DNA from: a bacterium
GTDB lineage: Bacteria > UBA8248
Direction: 5' to 3'
Length of the DNA stretch: 64,000 bases
NCBI GenBank assembly: GCA_965219955.1
Contig: OZ244799.1
Coordinates: 3,136,001-3,200,000, forward strand
Part shown: positions 57,631 to 64,000 of the stretch, piece after piece
How the letters are laid out: each line of letters begins with the position of its first letter
Position numbering within the stretch: position 1 is the stretch's first letter
Program-made: the position numbers and the translations under genes
Notes under the pieces: generated by a model
What the model saw: only the letters and a program-made list of their open reading frames with translations
Told to the model about the DNA's origin: nothing
Database searches by the model: none

Positions 57631-57792
57631 CTAAGTTCCTTGAAGTTCAAATGAACTCCTGAATGATATTTCAACGACTGCGAAAAGACAATGGTAGCGC
57701 CGGACTAACACGATCAAACAACGAAATACCTGCGCGATTGCGCAACATGATTCTTGATTTTCATTTTTTGAGTGCTGTAATTGTTCCTGAGC

Positions 57793-59211
57793 CTAGCTCG
57801 CCAATTGTTGTTTCATCGCCTCGAAATCGGCTTCGTAGAAGAACTCCTTCTCTCCGAAGGCCGGCTTGAGGCCGGTGAGCCAGGTGGCGTTTTCGTCGTA
57901 CTCGGCGAAGAAGACGCGGCCCAGCCACTCGGGGTTTCTCGCCTGGAGGAACTGAAGCGCGATGATGCGCTCGCCGCGGATCTCCTCTATCCCCAGGACC
58001 TGCACCTTGCCGGGCGCCGCGCTCATCGAGGGCCCCCGCGCGGTGCGCGCCAGACCGGACACCTGGGAGTACGCCTTCCGGTAGATCGCGTGAGCCTCCA
58101 CCAGGGGCAATTCGAAGTAGCGCTTGGCGCCCGTGTCCCTCTCGACGAACATGTAATAGGGGATCAGGCCCAGCCGCACCTGCTCCTTCCACATGCGCGC
58201 CCACATGTCCGCGTCGTCGTTGATGTGCTTGAGAAGCGGCGCCTGCGTCCTGATGACGGCGCCCGTATCCCGCACCCTTCTGATGGCCTCGCGCACCATC
58301 GGGGTCGAGACCTCACGCTCGTGATTGAAGTGCGCCATGATGGCGATGTGCTTGCCGCCCTTCACCATCTTCTCGAAAAGGCGAAGCGCATCGTCCGCGT
58401 CGGCGTCCGAGGTGAAGCGATACGGCCAGAAGGTCAGCGCCTTCGTGCCGATGCGTATGTCGCGGATGTGCGCGAAGCGCGAATCATCCAGCAGGGGCTC
58501 CATATAGCCCTCGAGCGCCTTGGTCTTCATGATCATGGGGTCGCCGCCGGTGAAGAGGACGTCCGTCACCTCCTTATGCTCGGCGAGATACCTGTGCAGG
58601 ATGTCCGCATCCGTGGAGATGAAGCGAAGTTCCTTGTCGCCCACGAACTGCGCCCAGCGGAAACAGAACGTGCAGTAGGCGTGGCACGTCTGTCCCTGGC
58701 CGGGGAAGAAGAGCACCGTCTCGTGGTATTTGTGCTGCATGCCCTCTACGTGTTCTTCGTCGAGGACGGGCACGTTAAGCGTCTGCTGCCCGGCGGGGTG
58801 GGGGTTCAGGCCGGCCCTGATCTCGTGGATGGCGGCGTTGAGTTGCTCCTTGGGCGCGTCCCGCCTCAAGAGGTCCGCCACGGAATCGAAATCCTCTTTC
58901 GAGATCATCCCCTCCTGGGGAAAAGAGAGCTGGAACAGGGGATCCTCGGGCACGTTGTCCCAGTCGATGAGGTTCTCCACCATGTAGCGGTTCGTGCGGA
59001 AGGGCAGCACGTGCCCCACCACCTTCATGCTGAAGCGAATGTCATCGGGGAGGCTCTGCAACTCGGGGACTTTGTCGATTTGCTGGACCACGATCGGCTT
59101 GTAGCGTGGCGGGTCGATGGACAGCAGGTTCTGGCCGTTCGGACCGCCGTTCTGGGCTTTTGGCGTCCCCGCCTCGGCAGGAACGGGATTCTCTGAAGAA
59201 GATGTGTTCAT
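57793..59211 (-). CDS. KamA-family radical SAM aminomutase (lysine 2,3-aminomutase-like)
   Basis: HKY.ETVL, CHAYCTFCFR, TGGDP, RIGTK, HFNH, PYY, GK. Confidence 0.9.
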   Translation of the reverse strand: MNTSSSENPVPAEAGTPKAQNGGPNGQNLLSIDPPRYKPIVVQQIDKVPELQSLPDDIRFSMKVVGHVLPFRTNRYMVENLIDWDNVPEDPLFQLSFPQEGMISKEDFDSVADLLRRDAPKEQLNAAIHEIRAGLNPHPAGQQTLNVPVLDEEHVEGMQHKYHETVLFFPGQGQTCHAYCTFCFRWAQFVGDKELRFISTDADILHRYLAEHKEVTDVLFTGGDPMIMKTKALEGYMEPLLDDSRFAHIRDIRIGTKALTFWPYRFTSDADADDALRLFEKMVKGGKHIAIMAHFNHEREVSTPMVREAIRRVRDTGAVIRTQAPLLKHINDDADMWARMWKEQVRLGLIPYYMFVERDTGAKRYFELPLVEAHAIYRKAYSQVSGLARTARGPSMSAAPGKVQVLGIEEIRGERIIALQFLQARNPEWLGRVFFAEYDENATWLTGLKPAFGEKEFFYEADFEAMKQQLAS

Positions 59212-59508
59212 TTTCTGGCCCTCCAGGCTATGTCCAACGGGACTCGAGACAGGATTCGAAATTTCTCCGTGGGCGTCATGTCGATAAATCGCCGGCCATC
59301 GATGTCATGCCGTCATCAATGCACCGGATTCTTCCTTCTCTATAATAGATGATACCCCCGACTTTGAAAACATGCCACAAATTATGCTCCGTCTTTTCTT
59401 GGGAAAACCGGTATTTTCTGAAAAAATGAAAGCGTATCGAAAAATATGAGCAGAAAACCCCCGCCCATCCCTCATCCGGCGAAGAGGTGGTGTCTTTTCG
59501 CTCCTTCA

Positions 59509-59845
59509 GGGGCGGTTGAAAAAGTCCTGGTTTCGTGATTCCACGTACCGAGCCGACCATGGAGGGATGAAACATTACTCCCCCCTTGCAGAGCGCCAAT
59601 CAATCACTCCCCCCTTGAGGGGGAGTCGAAGAGCTAAGGGCGTAAGCCCTCAAGCGATTCGGTGGGGGGTATAATTCGGAATGGCAATAAAACGCGATTC
59701 ACCCCCCACCGATTCAGCCTTCGCACAAACCGCTCGGCTTCATCGACTCCCCCTCAAGGGGGGAGTGAATCTTACTCTTTCATTGGTCGCGTCAAATCCT
59801 CGTTAATCGGGGTTTTCCCTTGGCAAGGGCTTTCTCACCAGCCCC
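59509..59845. mobile_element. Degenerate MITE-like shell 5 enclosing REPIN copy 3
   Basis: GGGGCGGTTGAAAAAGTCCT ... AGGGCTTTCTCACCAGCCCC. Confidence 0.4.
59604..59768. repeat. Palindromic dispersed repeat, copy 3
   Basis: TCACTCCCCCCTTGAGGGGGAGTCGA...TCGACTCCCCCTCAAGGGGGGAGTGA; a truncated end precedes it near 59575. Confidence 0.9.
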
Positions 59846-59847
59846 CT

Positions 59848-60588
59848 TTAGTGCGGCATGTGGGCGGGGTTCCAGAACTCGCCCGTGCGAATCGTGTGGG
59901 CCTGCTTGTCCCCGCCGGGGTCCCAGCTCTCCTCGTTCTTGCGCGCCTGCTCCTCGAAATCATACTCGACGCGGTGAATCTCCCCCTCCCAGTTCCCGCC
60001 TCCCTGGTATTCGAGCAGGACGTAGGCGGGGCGGTTGTCCCCGTCCCAGTTCACCGCGGCGGAGGCGGCGCATACGAGCGTCTGGTTCCCGACCTGGCGG
60101 ATGTAGGGGCCGTGACACTGCCCGAAGGCCACGACTTCCGATTTCTCCCCCGCGAGGCGTTCGAGTATCTCCTCGTCGGTGAGCCTGAGCGGGAGCGCGC
60201 CCTCGTCGTTCCCCGGCGAGCCGTGGAAGATGCGGAGGTCGTGCCCGGGCTCTGGCGTAAGCGTCATCTCGCGGGGCAGCCCCCGCAGCCAGTCGAGCTG
60301 GTCTTCGCTCAAGTGCTCGCGCGTCAGGCGGGAGCTCTCGTTTCGCGCCGGGAAATCGTTTTCCCCCTCGTCGACGTGGTCGATGACCCAGCGGTCGAAG
60401 TTCCCCAGTATGGGCAGGCAGTTCTTGCGGGAACGCAGGCGGTCCACCACCTCGCCCGGCTCCGGGCCGCCCATCACGTGATCCCCGGGCACGATCTCCC
60501 AGTGCACGTCGTGCTTGTCGACTTCCGCCAGAACGGCGTCCAGAGGTGCGAGTTGGGCATGAATATCGGAATAAAGCGCCAGTCTCAT
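59848..60588 (-). CDS. Metallophosphoesterase-family protein with variant motifs
   Basis: SDIH, GD, GNFD, HGSP, GQCH. Confidence 0.85.
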   Translation of the reverse strand: MRLALYSDIHAQLAPLDAVLAEVDKHDVHWEIVPGDHVMGGPEPGEVVDRLRSRKNCLPILGNFDRWVIDHVDEGENDFPARNESSRLTREHLSEDQLDWLRGLPREMTLTPEPGHDLRIFHGSPGNDEGALPLRLTDEEILERLAGEKSEVVAFGQCHGPYIRQVGNQTLVCAASAAVNWDGDNRPAYVLLEYQGGGNWEGEIHRVEYDFEEQARKNEESWDPGGDKQAHTIRTGEFWNPAHMPH

Positions 60589-60643
60589 TTTCTTTCTCCA
60601 AAATTGATGATGTATGGATTACAAAAAAATGCCGATGAGCGCG

Positions 60644-61978
60644 CTAGTGTAGCAATCTCCTCCCCGATTCCGCCAACGACTCCATCTTCTCCCGCAGTCG
60701 GGGATAGACCAATTCACCGTTTTTCTTCACGACCTTTCCGGCCACGAACACCGTGTCCACGTTGGCGAACGACGCCTGGAAAACAGCCGTCTCGAGCGGG
60801 TCGTTCACGGGATAGAGGTTCAGGTCGGTCTTTCTGATCAGGATGAGGTCCGCCTGTTTGCCAAGCTTGAGCGTGCCCGACTTGAATCCGAGCCCCAAGG
60901 CGTTGGCGCCGTCTATCGTCGCCCACTCCAGCGCGCGCCTCGCGGGAATCGCGATTTGCGCCGGGGAGGTTCTCCCGTCGAGAATCTTCTGGTTCTCCTG
61001 TGCGCGGGCGAACTGAAGCCCCGCCCGCATCATGGTGAACATGTCGCCGCTGATGTTCGATTCCACGTCGATCCCCAGCGTCGGCCTGCCACCCAGGGCC
61101 AGCACGCGCCCGATGACGGGCTCGCCGTGGCCCATCTGCATCTCCACCTCGGGGCAGGAGGTGACCGAGCAGCCCGAGTCGACGAGTATCCGCAATTCCT
61201 CCCCGCTCAACTGGTTCGCGTGCACGGCGTTGAAATCGGGCCCCAGAAGCCCCTTCCGCGCCAAATCCCTGATTCCGTCGGGCGTCACCCGGTAGAACCC
61301 GCCGCCGATGTGCGCGCTCCAGAGCAAATCGTACTCGCGGGCCAGGCAGATATCGTGCACACACATATCGAGCGTGGAGAGATCGGGGCCTCTCGTGGCC
61401 AGGGCCAGCTTGATGAGACCGCCGTCCGAAGCCAGCCGCCCCGAGCGCAAACGCCTGACCTCATCGGGGGGATGCGGCCTGTGGCTGAGCGGCGTCTCGC
61501 TCTCCGCGATTTTGGGCTTAGGGGTTCCATGGCCGAATACCGCGCGGATACCCGCTTCCTCCAGGCCGTCCAAGCCCGCGTCGGTGTGCTCGGGCGTGGG
61601 GTTGTTGTGACACCAGTCGAACAGCGTCGTAACGCCCCCGTTGAGCTGGTTCAGCGCGCCCACCAGGTTCGCGAGATATATATCTTCTGGCTGAAACCTC
61701 GGGCCGAAACCCTCGTGCATCTGGCGGACATATTCCACCAGTGTCCAGTCGCCCGCCACCCCTCGGATGCCCGTCTGCCAGGTATGCTGATGGGCGTTCA
61801 CGAAACCCGGCATGACGATGAAATCGCTCGCATCGACGCTTTCGGCCTCAGGCGCAAGAATGTTCCGGCCGACTTCCCTTATCTCATCGTCCTCGATGAG
61901 CAGGTCGCCGCCCTCGATATCGCCGAGCACGGGGTCGAGCGTGAGGATGCTGCCTCCGCGCAGGAGCGTCATTCCCAT
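60644..61978 (-). CDS. Amidohydrolase_1 (deaminase/chlorohydrolase-like)
   Basis: MPGFVNAHQH, SAH, HAN, PEVE, GID, ATIDGA.ALG, GKQADL; TAATG coupling with upstream gene. Confidence 0.9.
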   Translation of the reverse strand: MGMTLLRGGSILTLDPVLGDIEGGDLLIEDDEIREVGRNILAPEAESVDASDFIVMPGFVNAHQHTWQTGIRGVAGDWTLVEYVRQMHEGFGPRFQPEDIYLANLVGALNQLNGGVTTLFDWCHNNPTPEHTDAGLDGLEEAGIRAVFGHGTPKPKIAESETPLSHRPHPPDEVRRLRSGRLASDGGLIKLALATRGPDLSTLDMCVHDICLAREYDLLWSAHIGGGFYRVTPDGIRDLARKGLLGPDFNAVHANQLSGEELRILVDSGCSVTSCPEVEMQMGHGEPVIGRVLALGGRPTLGIDVESNISGDMFTMMRAGLQFARAQENQKILDGRTSPAQIAIPARRALEWATIDGANALGLGFKSGTLKLGKQADLILIRKTDLNLYPVNDPLETAVFQASFANVDTVFVAGKVVKKNGELVYPRLREKMESLAESGRRLLH

Positions 61979-63087
61979 TACAAAGAGCCTCCCACCGGCG
62001 GCGCGAACTCCCGGAGCGCCTCTTCTTTCCATTCCAGCCCGAGTCCGGGCTTGTCGGTGAGCACCAGATTCCCGTCCCTGAACTCCATCGGCTCCTTGAT
62101 GATGCACTCCCACCAGGGCATGTTCTCGCACCAGACGCCGTGTTCCTCAGCACTCAGAAGATGCGCCGATACCTCGTGGAACAGGTGCGGGGTCACCGGC
62201 TTTCCGAACTCCTTCGCCATTGCCGCGGCGCGGCGCCAGCCCGTGACGCCCGAGCAGCGCTCCAGATCGGGCATGAGAATATCGGCTGCGCCCGCGACGA
62301 GCAGGTGGCGCATCCCGCGCGGGTTGTAGTTCGTCTCCCCGGTGCAGATGGGGATATTGCTGGCCTTGGCGACCTCCGCGCACCCCCTGATGTCCTCGTG
62401 ATCGACCGGCTCCTCCACCCAGTAGAGGCCGAAGGGTTCGAACGCCCTGCACGCCTGCTTGGCGGTTTCCACGTCCCAGGCCTGATTGGCGTCCACCATG
62501 AGCGCGACCTCATCGCCAATCGCCTCGCGCACCGCGCGGATCCGCTCGACGTCGTCATTCACCTCTCCGCCCACGCGGAGTTTCATGGCCCTGAAGCCGC
62601 GCGCCTTGAGCGCTGTGGCTTCTTCTACGAGTTCGTCTATCGTGAGATTCAGCCAAAGGCCCTCGCTCGCGTAGCAGGGAATCTCGCGCTTATCGCCGCC
62701 CAGGTACTTCCAGAGCGGCTGGCCCGCCGCCTGGGCGGCGAGGTCCCAGCAGGCGGTGTCGAGCGCTGACATCGCCAGGGCGCTGATGCCGTCTCGGCCC
62801 ACGAAGCTCACCGCCTTGCGCATCGCCTCCCAGTTCGTATCCGTGTCCGCCGGGTCCTTGCCCAGCAGGTTGGCGAACAGGTCGCGCACCATCGCTATCA
62901 TGGCGCGGGTGCGCTCGGGCCCGAAGGCGAAGCACCAGCCGTGGCCCTTGAGACCCTCTTTCGTTCGGAGGGTGACGCAGCAGGTGTCGACGGCGTGCAC
63001 CTCGAAAGTGGCCACCTTGAGCGGCCGCTCCAGCGGCACGCAAACGTGCGCCGGCGTCATGCTGATGATGGTTTGAGAAGACGGCAA
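61978..63087 (-). CDS. Mandelate racemase/muconate lactonizing enzyme family
   Basis: D.ACWDL, KLRVG, MVDANQ, WVEEP, TGE, PD, PH; TTG start after AAGGAGG. Confidence 0.9.
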   Translation of the reverse strand: MPSSQTIISMTPAHVCVPLERPLKVATFEVHAVDTCCVTLRTKEGLKGHGWCFAFGPERTRAMIAMVRDLFANLLGKDPADTDTNWEAMRKAVSFVGRDGISALAMSALDTACWDLAAQAAGQPLWKYLGGDKREIPCYASEGLWLNLTIDELVEEATALKARGFRAMKLRVGGEVNDDVERIRAVREAIGDEVALMVDANQAWDVETAKQACRAFEPFGLYWVEEPVDHEDIRGCAEVAKASNIPICTGETNYNPRGMRHLLVAGAADILMPDLERCSGVTGWRRAAAMAKEFGKPVTPHLFHEVSAHLLSAEEHGVWCENMPWWECIIKEPMEFRDGNLVLTDKPGLGLEWKEEALREFAPPVGGSL

Positions 63088-63229
63088 AACGGACCTCCTT
63101 CGCAAAGAGTGTGGGACGTCGCCCTGTCCTTCATGCGCTTTGCGCGACAGGTTACCCTGATCGGCCCTGTATGGCTATAATCGCGTGGCTCGTAATTGTC
63201 GTAGAACAGGCCAGGGAGAAAAACAAAAA

Positions 63230-64000
63230 ATGTCCGCTATCCGGCTCCAGAAAATCATCGCCCAGGCAGGCCTCGCCTCGCGCCGGGAGGCGGAGCGCCT
63301 GATCGCGGAGGGCCGCGTCCAGGTGAATGGAGAGCGCGTGCTCACCCTCGGAGCCAAGGCGGATCCGCTGGCCGATTCCGTCAAGGTGGACGGCAAGCTC
63401 ATCACGAAAAAAGAACTTCCGGTCTATCTGGTGCTGAACAAACCGAAGAACGTGCTCACCACCATGCGCGACGAGGAGGGCAAGGACAGGCCCACGGTGG
63501 CGGACCTGCTGCCCCAGGGTCTTCGGCGCGTATTTCCCGTGGGCAGGCTCGATTTCGACGTCGAGGGCGTCTTGCTCCTGACCAACGACGGCGAGATGGC
63601 GAACCGCCTCGCCCACCCGAGATACGAAATACCCCGCGTATACGAGGCGAAGGTGAAGGGCATGCCCACCGAGGCCGCCCTCGCCCGGATGGCGGATGGG
63701 TCATGGATGCGCGGGCGAGGCAGGAAAGCCCAGCCTGCCGGCGTGCGGGTCATCCGAAAAAAGACGGAGAAGAACGCATGGCTCAGAATCGAACTCCGCG
63801 AGGGCAGGCAGCACCAGGTCAAGAAAATGTGCGAGGCCGTGGGGCACCCCGTCATCAAGCTCGTCCGGCGCGCATACGGGGGAATCACGGCCAGGGGTCT
63901 TCCCGGCGCCAAGGTGAGGACCCTCACCCGCGATGAGGTCGAAAAACTGAAAATTATGACGAACATCAGTCCCAACGCATCCAGGCGCCCACCTTCCAGG
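63230..64000 (+). CDS. rluB: RsuA/RluB-family pseudouridine synthase, running off the window
   Basis: Hand-translated (not in the ORF track): RLQKIIAQAGLASRREAE (S4), LNKP, VGRLDFDVEG.LLLTNDG, EGRQHQVK. Confidence 0.88.
   Translation, partial: MSAIRLQKIIAQAGLASRREAERLIAEGRVQVNGERVLTLGAKADPLADSVKVDGKLITKKELPVYLVLNKPKNVLTTMRDEEGKDRPTVADLLPQGLRRVFPVGRLDFDVEGVLLLTNDGEMANRLAHPRYEIPRVYEAKVKGMPTEAALARMADGSWMRGRGRKAQPAGVRVIRKKTEKNAWLRIELREGRQHQVKKMCEAVGHPVIKLVRRAYGGITARGLPGAKVRTLTRDEVEKLKIMTNISPNASRRPPSR

Noticed and set aside
59212-59508. Lysine or SAM riboswitch upstream of the KamA-like gene
   Set aside because: No consensus elements of either aptamer were recognisable by eye; an Rfam scan would settle it.

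Overview
A GC-rich bacterial chromosomal segment; the lineage cannot be established from sequence alone. It is dominated by two back-to-back complex I operons on the minus strand: a complete nuoA-N (20354-35015) and directly downstream a divergent second set, nuoABCD-H-JKLMN (10554-20184), with no nuoE, F, G or I. The second NuoL has a 26-residue tandem duplication in its transverse helix, the signature of extra-pump '2M' complexes, yet its operon has only one nuoM. This is the strongest candidate for an undescribed system. A ~4.2 kb AT-richer island sits between two copies of the nuoN2 3' end (302 bp, six differences, all synonymous). It holds a HEPN-like gene, a structured-RNA candidate, a metalloprotease/TbpB-barrel lipoprotein and an IS1595 remnant. 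Other contents: ABC transporter genes; histidine decarboxylase plus an ACT protein; an amidohydrolase-NifU-MFS-MFS operon ending in a UGA-recoded PrdB/GrdB-like selenoprotein; an incomplete Co-type nitrile/thiocyanate hydratase; tandem ACMSD-like amidohydrolases; a triple-Ig lipoprotein; a CoA-transferase pair lacking the catalytic Glu; scpAB; panE; EVE; a VapBC45-like TA pair; a KamA-family radical SAM gene; and partial rluB. Five intergenic regions carry MITE-like shells (GGGGYTGTTGAAAAA...TTTTTCAACARCCCC) wrapping different REP/REPIN palindromes. No rRNA, tRNA or CRISPR array was found. All family calls are motif recognition by eye, not database searches.
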